Assembly: GCA_965208105.1 (NCBI GenBank)
Contig: OZ242318.1
Location: 4,192,001 to 4,256,000 of the forward strand
Source: Candidatus Latescibacterota bacterium
Lineage (GTDB): Bacteria > Latescibacterota > UBA2968 > UBA8231
DNA length: 64,000 nucleotides
Direction: 5' to 3'
Shown here: piece by piece, positions 9,360 to 18,927 of the stretch
Layout: every line of letters starts with the position of its first letter
Position numbering within the stretch: position 1 is the first letter of the stretch
Program-made: the position numbers and the translations under genes
The notes under the pieces: model-generated
Databases searched by the model: none
What the model was told of the DNA's origin: nothing
Seen by the model: only the letters and a program-made list of their open reading frames with translations

Positions 9360-10808
9360 CTAAAGTGAAACCGAGAACAGGCGGGCCCGGCAAAGCTCTA
9401 TCCGCAGGCACAGATCCCTGCCCTTCAATGGCGACAGGTCGCTGGTTCCGTTCCAGCTCACCTCCGCCTCGAGGTGGTCGCCCCGAACCTCGGCGCAATC
9501 GGCGAAGCTGTAACCTTCCATGGGCTCCAGATGGGCGGGCGGCCACAGGGTGGGCTCGATCAATTCCACCCGGATCCAGCCATTGGGGGCGGTCTGGCAG
9601 TTGAGCAGCAGTGGGGCTCCGCTGGCGGGCAGTTGATTGAGAGTGACCCGGCCCGTCTCCGCGGCCTCCAGGGCAACCAGGCGGTCACGGGTCCATGTCG
9701 CCCAGCGGATCTCACCCCTGGACCGCTCGGGCTCGTAGTAGTAGCTCTCGTTGTGGAGCTCCTCCTCGCCGCGGCAGATCAGGCCCCAGCGCTCACCATC
9801 AAGGGGGACAAGGCCCGGCCCCGGATAGATCCCCCCCTTGTACGGATGGGAGGGGGGAATGACCGGTTTGCGCTCGGGCCACGACCAGTTGAACCCGTCG
9901 CGGCTCACCGCGATGCGCACCTCAACGCAGTCGAGCAGGCGACGGTAGATGGCCGGGAACATCAGGTGGAAGTCCCCTGACCCGGGATAGGGAGAGTACC
10001 CGTTGGTGTAGTAGTCGTCCGTGGGTGGTTCATCGCCGTCGGGCTGCAGCACGATGTCCGGTTGCGGCCAATGGCGGAAATCGGCGGTCTCGGAGCGCGC
10101 TATGCTGCGCCTCCTTCCGGCACTGGAGCGCCAGTAGCCCACGTATTTCCCGCTGTCCTCGTCGTAGAGCACGACGTTCTGCGTATCGCAAAACTTCTCG
10201 AAAAGGGGCTCGTCGAGGAAGGTCCAACGAAGCCCGTCGGGTGAAACCGCGCCGTGGACCGCGCCTACCAGCTTCAGTTCCTTTCCATAGATCTCCGCCG
10301 GAGGAATGCCGCGCTCCTCGAGCTCGGAAAGGGCGCGCTCCAGCTCTGCGCCGGCTAGGCGCGTCCCCTTGCGGTCGGCCGATGCCTGCATGGTCACCAG
10401 CTTGTAGCGCTCGGACTCGGGGGCTGCCGGGTCCAGGAATACGCTGCCTTCGATGCTTCTGTCGAGCACCAGATTGTTGGCCCTGGAGCCTTCGTGGTCA
10501 ACCAGGTCGAGTTCGGGTTTGGTCCAGGCGAAGCCGTCGTCGCTCTCGGCGTAGGCCAGCCCCTCCTTGCAGCCGTACCACATGCGGTACTTGCCTTCAT
10601 CGCAGCGGGCGGTGACGTAGCCGGGGGTGGTGCCTTCCCATGGTTTGTCGAGGACCACCACGGGATCGGTGATGGCCGCGGGCTGCACTGCAAGTCTGAC
10701 CTCCTGCGGCGCCTCGCTGATGAAGGCGGTGCCGTCCTCGTCGTAGCCGGTGGCTCCTGGCCAGATTCCATGCCAGTCCAGGAACAACTCCTTCGTGCGC
10801 GCGCTCAT
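9360..10808 (-). CDS. Beta-propeller glycoside-hydrolase-like protein, paralog 2
   Basis: AYAESDDGFAWTKPEL, AVSPDGLRW, CDTQN, AVSRDGFNW; clearly homologous to 4256..5758 and 10819..12342. Confidence 0.7.
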   Translation of the reverse strand: MSARTKELFLDWHGIWPGATGYDEDGTAFISEAPQEVRLAVQPAAITDPVVVLDKPWEGTTPGYVTARCDEGKYRMWYGCKEGLAYAESDDGFAWTKPELDLVDHEGSRANNLVLDRSIEGSVFLDPAAPESERYKLVTMQASADRKGTRLAGAELERALSELEERGIPPAEIYGKELKLVGAVHGAVSPDGLRWTFLDEPLFEKFCDTQNVVLYDEDSGKYVGYWRSSAGRRRSIARSETADFRHWPQPDIVLQPDGDEPPTDDYYTNGYSPYPGSGDFHLMFPAIYRRLLDCVEVRIAVSRDGFNWSWPERKPVIPPSHPYKGGIYPGPGLVPLDGERWGLICRGEEELHNESYYYEPERSRGEIRWATWTRDRLVALEAAETGRVTLNQLPASGAPLLLNCQTAPNGWIRVELIEPTLWPPAHLEPMEGYSFADCAEVRGDHLEAEVSWNGTSDLSPLKGRDLCLRIELCRARLFSVSL

Positions 10809-10818
10809 GAGCCTCCTC

Positions 10819-12342
10819 CTACATCAGGGTTGAGAATACCCGCGCCCGGCAGAGTTGCAGGCACAGGCAGATGTTGCGTCCCTTCAATGCCGAAAGATCG
10901 GCGTTGCCCTTGAAGCGGACTTCGCTATCCAGGCCGTCCCCCCGCACCGGGTCGCAGTCATCGAAGCTGAATCCCTGGATGGGTTTGATCTTCTCGGGGG
11001 GCCACAGCATGGGTTCCACGAACGCTGCCCGCACCCATCCACCCGGCTCGGTCTGGCAGTTGAGGAGGAGCCGCTCGCCCCGGCAGACCCGGGGCAGGAG
11101 GGTCACCTGTCCCTGCACCTCCGCCTCGAGGGCGACGAAGCGGTCGCGCTTCCATACAGCCCAGCGATGGTAGACATCCTGGTCGTAGTTATCGTAGTAG
11201 TAGCCTTCGTTGTGGCGGTGGCTCATGCAGATATAGGGAACTCCCCAGTGCGACTGGTCCAGCGGAAAAATCCCGTGGCGCACGTAGATGCCGCCGTCCT
11301 CGCACCTCTCGGGAGATCCCAGCTTGAGGATGGGGTCCCTGTGGCGGAACCAGGTAATGCCGTTGCGGCTCACCGCGATCTGGGTGTCGACCACGTCCGT
11401 GCCGCGGTGGAAGATACTGGGAAACATGATGTGGTAGTTCCCGGTGGGATAGGGAGCGTAGGCGTTGGTGTAGATGTCCTGCACAGGCGGGTCGTCGGCG
11501 TCGGGCTGGACCACGATGGTGGGAGTGGGCCATTGGCGGAAATCGCCGGTCTCGGCGCGGCCGATGCAGCGCCAGGGGTTGGGCGGCCACACCGTGGGCA
11601 CGGTCTCGCGGAACATGTTGTGGCGGAAGTAACCCACGTAGCTGTTCCTCTCCTCATCGAAGAAGACGATGTTGTCCGAGTCGCAGAACATCTCCAGGAG
11701 CGGCCGCTCCAGCTGGGTCCAGCGCAGCCCGTCGGGGGAAACCGCGCCCATCAGGTTGCCCATCAGCCCGATCTCCTCCAGGATCTCCTGCTCGCTCTTG
11801 CCCTGGGCGCACAACTCGGTGCGCAGCTTGAGCGCATCGGGCTCGTCCTCGGCCCCTTCCATGTGACCGCCTCCGCGTTTCCACCAGCCCTTCATGCCCA
11901 CCATCTTGTAGCGTTCGGCCGGGGGTGCCTGGGGATTGGTGTCCAGGAAAATGTGTCCTTCCAGATCGCTGTCGATGATGTTGTTCTCCCTGGAGCCCTC
12001 GAACTCGCACAGTCCCAGCGACGGTTTTTCCCAGGCGAGGCCGTCGTCGCTTTCGGCATAGCAGGTTGCGCTCCCGGACCACCCCCGCGGCTGGGTGTGA
12101 TACCACAGCCGAAAGCGGCCGTCATGGTGCATCAGGGTGGAAATATTCACCCTGCCGCCCTCCCAGGGACGATCGTTGTCCATCTCGAAATCCCGTTTCT
12201 CCTGGGGAGGCTGCACGGAGAGCTTCACCCCGGTCGGAAACTCGCCGATGAAGGCGCGGCCGTCCGCCTCGTATCCGGAAGCTCCCGGCCACAGCTCGAA
12301 CCAGTCGAGAAACGGTACTGGAGTTTTGGCATCCTCGCTCAT
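10819..12342 (-). CDS. Beta-propeller glycoside-hydrolase-like protein, paralog 3
   Basis: CYAESDDGLAWEKPSLG, AVSPDGLRW, CDSDN, AVSRNGITW; same C-terminal domain as paralogs 1 and 2. Confidence 0.7.
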   Translation of the reverse strand: MSEDAKTPVPFLDWFELWPGASGYEADGRAFIGEFPTGVKLSVQPPQEKRDFEMDNDRPWEGGRVNISTLMHHDGRFRLWYHTQPRGWSGSATCYAESDDGLAWEKPSLGLCEFEGSRENNIIDSDLEGHIFLDTNPQAPPAERYKMVGMKGWWKRGGGHMEGAEDEPDALKLRTELCAQGKSEQEILEEIGLMGNLMGAVSPDGLRWTQLERPLLEMFCDSDNIVFFDEERNSYVGYFRHNMFRETVPTVWPPNPWRCIGRAETGDFRQWPTPTIVVQPDADDPPVQDIYTNAYAPYPTGNYHIMFPSIFHRGTDVVDTQIAVSRNGITWFRHRDPILKLGSPERCEDGGIYVRHGIFPLDQSHWGVPYICMSHRHNEGYYYDNYDQDVYHRWAVWKRDRFVALEAEVQGQVTLLPRVCRGERLLLNCQTEPGGWVRAAFVEPMLWPPEKIKPIQGFSFDDCDPVRGDGLDSEVRFKGNADLSALKGRNICLCLQLCRARVFSTLM

Positions 12343-12452
12343 ATCATCTCTCTTTCTTCCAAATTAAAGCCCCTGGCAAGATGCGGTGCGGGTGCGCCCG
12401 GGACATCGGCCGCCCCGGTTGGGGCCGCCCGACGGCATCCTGCCAGGGACTT

Positions 12453-14441
12453 TCAGAACCGCAGGTGAATGATCTCGTGAACGCCCACGTCGGGAAGAAA
12501 GCACCTGATCCCATCCCCACTCCTCTCCCAGCTCAAGGTGCGGTCCCCCGGTTGAAGGGATGCTGAAGCTGGCGCGGCCGGACAGCGCAGACGCAGAGTG
12601 CGCGGACCACCGCCGGGCACCTGCTCCACGAAATAGCTGCCCGCCCCCATGTCGCGGTCCGCCCCGTGGTTCACCAGGTGAACCAGCCATTCATCCGGCC
12701 TCTGGCGCACCGCCACCTCGAGTTGCCCGGCCGGGTCCAGCTCCGCCACCGGCCGCGGGTGCAGGTTTCGCAGTTCACCCAGTACCAGGTCGCGCAGTGC
12801 CGGAGCCTGTACGTTTCTGTAACCGTCGAAGACATGGCCCGCCAGGGTCGCGACCTTTCCACGGCCAAGCTGGTGCAGGTACGAAACCGGGACCCCTTGC
12901 AAGGGTTCGAAGCTCGAAACGTCCCAGAGCTGCCCCCGTGCCCGTGCATCACCGCCCCGCGCCTTCGCAGCCTTGTAGAAGACCCGGGCCCATCCCGACG
13001 GCAGGAGGGCCCGAAGCGCCACCTTTTCCAGCGGGTCCTCGGCGCTTTCCAGGGATTCCCATCCTGCGACTCCGGTCAGGTCGGCGCTCTCCTCGGGGAG
13101 GGGCAGACTCAGCAGCAGACGCCCCCCGCCGCGCACGAATTTCCTCAGCGCCTGCACCAGTTCCCGGGAAAGATGGGACACCCCCGGCAGCAGCGCGACG
13201 GGCCAGTTGGAACCCCGTTCAATAAAGGCTTCCTCGCTGACCAGATCGTGGTGCAGTCCCGCCTCCACCAGCACCTGATGGGCGGCGAAGACCCGGTGCA
13301 CGTCCTCGGTCTCCAGCTGCAGCTTGGGATCGTTCTCCCACCCGGCGGCTGAAACAATCAATGCCAGGTCCGCCACCGAGGTCGTCCCCGTGCAGAAGGG
13401 CTGGCGCTCCCGCGCGAAACGGCCGACCGCCGCCAGGGTCGGAGGATCCTCCACTCGAAAAGCCGCTTCCCGCGTCGGCGTCACCCAGTAGAACAGGCGC
13501 GCTCCGTTGGCAAGCAAGGCTGCCGCTTCCTGCTCCATCTGCGCGGCGGACTTGTGGTAGGTGTACCCCCGGGTGCGGTAGTCCAGGCTGAAATCGCAGA
13601 CCATGATGTCGAAGGGCAGGCCCTGATGATTCATGAACCGAGCCTCGCGCCCGGCCGCCTTGACCCCGTGGTTGAGCGGCACGTCACCGGACAGCCAGTC
13701 CACCTTTCCCCGGCTCGCCCACGGATTGCGCAGGGTGTGCAGCCAGTTCACCGAGAACAGGCAACCGGGATGGACCTCCCGGATCAGGTCGCGGACCTTC
13801 TGCAGGTAGTCCATGTAGGTGCCGCGGCAGAAGCGCAGAGCAAGAGGCCAGTCCTGGTGTCCATGGTCTCTTGGCACCTTGCGGCCGCCGTGGCGGCTGG
13901 CGAAGATTTCCTCGCAGGAAGCGCAGTAACACACCTGGGAAACCCACACGTCCCCATCGAACCACATTCCGTCAGGGCGGTAATTTTCCAGGATCTCGCG
14001 GATCTGGGGGAGCAGGTACTCGTCGACGTACTGGCTGTTGTGGCACAGGAAGAAGCTGTGCATGGTGTCGCCTTCCCACTTCTCTTCCGTGCCGTAAAAA
14101 TTCCCATCGGCCTTGACGATGCGCCAATCCTCGTGCCCGTCCGCCGCCACCGCGTCCACCAGGCTGGAGTAGTAGACGCTGAAGCGCACCCCCATCTCGC
14201 GGCACACGTCGCGATAGACCGCCAGCACATCTTCGCTGTGCGCGCTGCTCACCTGCCCGACCTTCGTAGGGTAGGATGCGATCCCCGGATGTCCCTTGGA
14301 GTGCACCTGGATCATGTCCGGCTGCACTTCGCCCAGGAACTGGCGCAGGATGCCGCGGCTGATGCCCGCTCCCGTCCTGGCATCCTTGCGGGTGTGGTAA
14401 TCCACGTGGACGTTGAAGAAGCTCTCTTCGTACCAGTTCAT
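12453..14441 (-). CDS. Glycoside hydrolase, GH151/GH29-like alpha-L-fucosidase fold with a beta-galactosidase trimerisation-like domain
   Basis: HVDYHT, VHSKGHPGIASYPTKVG, LCHNSQY, YRPDGMWFD and LRKFVRGGGRLL. Start taken at MNWYEE. Confidence 0.72.
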   Translation of the reverse strand: MNWYEESFFNVHVDYHTRKDARTGAGISRGILRQFLGEVQPDMIQVHSKGHPGIASYPTKVGQVSSAHSEDVLAVYRDVCREMGVRFSVYYSSLVDAVAADGHEDWRIVKADGNFYGTEEKWEGDTMHSFFLCHNSQYVDEYLLPQIREILENYRPDGMWFDGDVWVSQVCYCASCEEIFASRHGGRKVPRDHGHQDWPLALRFCRGTYMDYLQKVRDLIREVHPGCLFSVNWLHTLRNPWASRGKVDWLSGDVPLNHGVKAAGREARFMNHQGLPFDIMVCDFSLDYRTRGYTYHKSAAQMEQEAAALLANGARLFYWVTPTREAAFRVEDPPTLAAVGRFARERQPFCTGTTSVADLALIVSAAGWENDPKLQLETEDVHRVFAAHQVLVEAGLHHDLVSEEAFIERGSNWPVALLPGVSHLSRELVQALRKFVRGGGRLLLSLPLPEESADLTGVAGWESLESAEDPLEKVALRALLPSGWARVFYKAAKARGGDARARGQLWDVSSFEPLQGVPVSYLHQLGRGKVATLAGHVFDGYRNVQAPALRDLVLGELRNLHPRPVAELDPAGQLEVAVRQRPDEWLVHLVNHGADRDMGAGSYFVEQVPGGGPRTLRLRCPAAPASASLQPGDRTLSWERSGDGIRCFLPDVGVHEIIHLRF

Positions 14442-14630
14442 TCCAGGGTTCTCTCCGGTGATGGAGTTCGCATGCCTGCTGCCCGAGTGCCGGGACGGAG
14501 GTTCAGGCGAATCGCACCGGTATCCGCGTTTTCCGCATTCGGTCTGTTGCCCGCCAGGGTAAGGAGACGGGCGGAATCCGGCGGCCGCCGCCGTCCTTTC
14601 GGCCTGCACCTGAATTCATGCCGGCAGGTC

Positions 14631-17591
14631 CTACAACGGGCGCCCGTACTCGGTGTACCCTATCAGGGTGCGGACAAAGAAGGACCGGGTTTCATATTCC
14701 CTGAAGCGCTGAATCTCGGCGTCGAAGTCGAGCTGGTCATTGGAGATCCCGACAATGGTATACAGATCGTAGCCGAAGTAGCGCGAGCGGTTGGTAAGGG
14801 TGATGAAGGAGGTGCGTCGTTCCTGACTGTTGCGGTCGGCTATCTGGTCATCGCGCCGGTATGGAAGGGGGCCCATTCCCTGGATCCCCGCCCGCAGCGC
14901 CGTTCGATCCAACAATTGGTACTCCAAGCCCAGGATCGGGATCGAGCGGGTCTCGGCCAGCAGATCCTCGTTCTGCTGCCGGTCGGCCAGGCGCAGCAGC
15001 ATGAATTTGTACTGGGGTGTCACCTTCAGCTTGCCCCAGTACCAGGTGTAGTCGACCCTGCTGACCCAGGTCCAGAAGTCAAGACGCCGCTGTCGCTGGA
15101 AGATTCCGGGACGCAGCTGCCCGCCCTGCTGCCAGTTCAGCTGCAGTCGCCACTTCTGCACGACATTGAGGGTGGACCATGGGCTGAGGTTCCCTTCGAG
15201 GTAGGTATCGTTGACATAGCTGTCCTGGAAGTAGAGCAGGTCCGGCCGGAAGCGGCTTGCCCAGATGGGGGGAGCGTTCGATCTGGAATTGGAGAAACGA
15301 ACTCCTCGTCCTCCGAAGCCACCTCCGCGCAGGGGGATGTCGTCCACCGTGGTGAACTCGTTGGCTATGTCATCCCGCACCCGGCGGAAGCGATTCTCGA
15401 AGAAGAGCCTTCTGAGAAGCGCCGTGCCTTCCCGGCGTTCCAACCCCTCGCGGAGGTAACTCAGCAGCGCGTAGTTCGAGTTGTTGCGCCCATTGCCGGC
15501 AACCTGATCGATCCGGAATCTTCCCGCTCCCAGGGACCAGTGGCGAGTCAGGTTCCACTGTCCGAAGAGGTGGTAGCCGCGCTCGTCGTAGTAGTAGGGA
15601 TAGTCCACCACGCCGTCGTCCTCCCGGTGGTCCGGCTCGTTGTTGTTGTTGCGGTCCAGGCCATAGGCGTAGATATTGGGCTCGACGTCGTACATCAGGA
15701 AGGGCTCGTCGAAATCGGGGATGTGATTGAGGTTGCGGTTTGTCTCCGGGGCTCCGTCCTTGTCCTCGTCCTGCCCGATGAAAATCCCGTCCATGTCGAA
15801 GTCCCTGCTGTCGTTGGGCAACCCCACTATGTTGCCGAAGCGGGCGTCGGGGTAGCGGTCGCCGTCGTCGTTGTCCTGCACCGTCTGCCAGTAGGCGGTC
15901 TCGTTGGTCAGTCCGTGCAGATTGGAGTAACTCAGGCCGAGCCCGAAGTCGAGGTAGGTGCGCATCTCCGTCTGGAATTCCGGATTGATGGAAAAATACT
16001 CGCCGCCTATGCGGCCCTGGCCGAACCAGTGCGAGGCGTTCAGGTAGTAGGCGTCGCCCCGGTCCTTGAAGCGGGCCCCGTCGTCGAGGAACGGGGCTCC
16101 TTCCACCTGGGCGGGATAGCGTGAATACACACTCGAACGGGCGTATTCTCCTATGACCTCCAGCCCGGGAAGGCGCAGTTGCAGGTCCGCACTGTAGACG
16201 AAGTTGGCGGTGTTCTCTCCAACCTTGAAGCGCCGCCGTTTGAGGTTCGACAGGTCGTGCACGTTGCCCGGAGAACGCAGGACCGTTCTGTAGTAGGTGC
16301 TCAGATACTGGGCATGGTAGGTCTTGCCGCGGGGGTCGGTCAGGCTCAGGACCGCCACCTCCACCCGGTAGTCATTGCCCAGGATGGCTTCCACCTCCAG
16401 GGACTCGACCATGGGTTCCTGCGACAGGTCGAAGAGGAAGGCCAGTTGCTCGTCGCCGTTTGACTGCAGGGACCCCTGGGAAGTTTCTATCGCGAAGCTC
16501 CCCAGCAGGCCGCTGAGGTTGGTGGATTTGCTCACGTCTATACCAGCTTCGTAGTCCAGGCGGTAATAGTAGTCCGAGTAGAGAGGGATCTCGCGCTCGC
16601 GATAGTAGAGATTGCCTACGAAGCGGCCTATGTCCACCGGTCCTCCAGGAGCTGGTCGGACATAGTTGGCCTGCCGGAACCGGCCGGTGGCCTGCGAGAC
16701 CGTTCCAACCTGAGGGGTGACACCGGCCAGGTGGCGGATCACCTGGGACTCCAGGTCCGGCCTCGCTTCGCCATTGACTATCAGTTGAACGTCCTGGACC
16801 ACGGCCCCGCCCATGCCATCCTCGGGTGAATCGTCCGAAAAGCGCACGATAACCCGGTGGATGAGCGGCTGATCGGGCCGCAGCCGGCCTTTGATCCCGT
16901 TGCCCGGCTGGGTGCTCTGGTAGACGTGCTGGTTCACCCAGTTGAGTCCCAGCTGCAATATGCCGAGATCGGCCTGCATCCGGCTGCCCAAAAGCAGGGT
17001 GGAATCGTCGGCGCGGTGGGCGTCCTCGTCGATCCAGATAGGCTGGTACTCGATATAGGACCTGGGCCGTTCGACCCGCGAGGCCAGGCCGGTGAATTTG
17101 AGGCGAGGAGTGGAAACATCCAGGCGCACGCCGTTGTAGTCCGTTTTGGACAGGGTCAGGGGGGTGAAGCGGGCTATCATCCCATCGCCGGCAATGGCGC
17201 GGTAGCCCCAACTGCCGTAGCCGTCGCGGCCCACCACCAGGTAGTCGAAAACGGCTGACCAGACTCCCAGGTCCTTGTAGATGCGGCTGCCGTAATCCAG
17301 GCCAGCGGTGCGGGTCTCGCTCCAGCCAAAGATGGGATAGCCGGTGATGAGATAGTTCCCCAGGGAGTTGTAGTAGTCCCTCGGGGCATCGTCGAAGGGA
17401 AACTCGTGGTTGGGATAGTGGGTGTATTGCTGAATGGCGAAATTGCGGTAAGCCGGCTGTGCCTTGCGCAAAAATGGCCGCGCTTCGGTCATCTGGTCGA
17501 GGTAAATTCTATGCTCTTCAGCGCCGGCTGCCGTTATGGCGGCTGCCCAAATCAGGCACCACGCCAAGTGTCGTAGGGATGAGCCCAGCAT
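14631..17591 (-). CDS. Large exported hypothetical protein, probably outer membrane, with DxDxDG-like loops
   Basis: Signal peptide MLGSSLRHLAWCLIWAAAITAAGA; many aromatic alternating strands; DNDDGD, DFDMDG, DEDKDG and DRNNNNEPD motifs. Confidence 0.65.
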   Translation of the reverse strand: MLGSSLRHLAWCLIWAAAITAAGAEEHRIYLDQMTEARPFLRKAQPAYRNFAIQQYTHYPNHEFPFDDAPRDYYNSLGNYLITGYPIFGWSETRTAGLDYGSRIYKDLGVWSAVFDYLVVGRDGYGSWGYRAIAGDGMIARFTPLTLSKTDYNGVRLDVSTPRLKFTGLASRVERPRSYIEYQPIWIDEDAHRADDSTLLLGSRMQADLGILQLGLNWVNQHVYQSTQPGNGIKGRLRPDQPLIHRVIVRFSDDSPEDGMGGAVVQDVQLIVNGEARPDLESQVIRHLAGVTPQVGTVSQATGRFRQANYVRPAPGGPVDIGRFVGNLYYREREIPLYSDYYYRLDYEAGIDVSKSTNLSGLLGSFAIETSQGSLQSNGDEQLAFLFDLSQEPMVESLEVEAILGNDYRVEVAVLSLTDPRGKTYHAQYLSTYYRTVLRSPGNVHDLSNLKRRRFKVGENTANFVYSADLQLRLPGLEVIGEYARSSVYSRYPAQVEGAPFLDDGARFKDRGDAYYLNASHWFGQGRIGGEYFSINPEFQTEMRTYLDFGLGLSYSNLHGLTNETAYWQTVQDNDDGDRYPDARFGNIVGLPNDSRDFDMDGIFIGQDEDKDGAPETNRNLNHIPDFDEPFLMYDVEPNIYAYGLDRNNNNEPDHREDDGVVDYPYYYDERGYHLFGQWNLTRHWSLGAGRFRIDQVAGNGRNNSNYALLSYLREGLERREGTALLRRLFFENRFRRVRDDIANEFTTVDDIPLRGGGFGGRGVRFSNSRSNAPPIWASRFRPDLLYFQDSYVNDTYLEGNLSPWSTLNVVQKWRLQLNWQQGGQLRPGIFQRQRRLDFWTWVSRVDYTWYWGKLKVTPQYKFMLLRLADRQQNEDLLAETRSIPILGLEYQLLDRTALRAGIQGMGPLPYRRDDQIADRNSQERRTSFITLTNRSRYFGYDLYTIVGISNDQLDFDAEIQRFREYETRSFFVRTLIGYTEYGRPL

Positions 17592-17714
17592 ATGCTTTCT
17601 CCTTGCAACCCGATTCGTTCTTCCAGGGACATCGGAACTATGTATTTCTCCCGGCAAAATATAATAAGAAACCATCCCATTCCCTAAAGGTTTCCTCCAT
17701 CAAGGGAGCGAATC

Positions 17715-18515
17715 TCACGGGTCGGCCTCTGACCGGGCCCACACCGGCATTGGCTGCCCCTGGGCGCAGCGCAGTTTCTCCAGATCGTCCCGGGGAGGCT
17801 GCTCGAACATTCCCAGCCTGCTCACCGGCGGCAGGCCGGCCTGGCGCAATACCGCCATGGTCTCGGCCATCTTGAACCCGGGCAGCATGCCGTCGACGAT
17901 CGGGGCGCCCTGCTTTTGGGGATGCTCGCGCGCCTCCCTGGACAGCACCGAGCCGGCCAGGGTGCAGCCGGCGATGAGCACCTCGGCGCCGTCCTCCTCG
18001 ACGCAGAGGCGCGCCGTCTCCAGCACCCGGCAACGGGTTTTCTCAGGCGTAGTGCGGTCCACGTAGAGGTCGTTGGCGTCGATGTCGAAGCTGCGCACTG
18101 AAACCAGCCCCTGTGCAAGCTGGTACTGCTCCAGCAGCATCTTCTGGATCTGGCCGTTCTGCGCATCGACGCTCAACAGGGAAAATCGACGGCCCATGGT
18201 CCGCGCCGTCAGGACTGCCGCCTCCAGGGTGGCGGTCACCGGAATGGTGCACATCTGCCTGCATTCGTAGAGGCCGATATCGAGATTGCAGCTGATGAAA
18301 ACGGCGTCGTAGCCCTCCCTTTCGGCCTCCATTGCCCGGTCGATGGTGGGGCCAGTACAGCTGTGCTTGAAGAACAGCCACTGGTTGTTGGCGAGAGGGT
18401 AGCGCGATTCGATGTTGACGATGTCGAATTCCGTTCCCGGTGCGGCGATTGCCTCCAGGTTTTCACGCCCGAAAAATTCGGTGCCTGCAAAGGGGTTTAT
18501 GACACAAATGCGCAT
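17715..18515 (-). CDS. Asp/Glu/hydantoin racemase family protein
   Basis: MRICVINP, EGYDAVFISCNLDIGL, EDGAEVLIAGCT (two catalytic Cys), PIVDG; RBS GAGGAG. Confidence 0.88.
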   Translation of the reverse strand: MRICVINPFAGTEFFGRENLEAIAAPGTEFDIVNIESRYPLANNQWLFFKHSCTGPTIDRAMEAEREGYDAVFISCNLDIGLYECRQMCTIPVTATLEAAVLTARTMGRRFSLLSVDAQNGQIQKMLLEQYQLAQGLVSVRSFDIDANDLYVDRTTPEKTRCRVLETARLCVEEDGAEVLIAGCTLAGSVLSREAREHPQKQGAPIVDGMLPGFKMAETMAVLRQAGLPPVSRLGMFEQPPRDDLEKLRCAQGQPMPVWARSEADP

Positions 18516-18927
18516 GGCGGCTCTCCTCGATGGGCGACCAGGACCCGGACGGTGTCCTGCACGCGGACACCCGGGGGAGAAGCGGTGAGGTCGCGGTTGA
18601 AGTATCGACACCAGATAACATGGCAGGATTCCACGTCCCGTTGCCAACCTTGATTCGAACCCCTGCGGTCGGAGATCGGATGGAGCCCACCACGGAGGGA
18701 CGGCTCTGCCCCCCATCTCGCAGGAGTTTCCCGGACCGGAGAAAGGGGCTTGCCGGTTAAGTAAGTTTTCCCATCACCGCAGCGCAAGAGGTCCAGCTTG
18801 ATGGCCCGTAATAAAAAGACGCGATTATCCCCTTGACACAACAAGGATGATTTCTTATAGATGAACAAGTACCACAAGTCGGCGCGGACCTCTGAAAGAC
18901 TCAGCCCTCGGGAGGGCCGCGGAAGAA

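Noticed and set aside
18652-18666. GGTTCGAATC on the minus strand, resembling a tRNA T-loop
   Set aside because: The flanks do not form a T-stem, and no cloverleaf or acceptor stem is visible.
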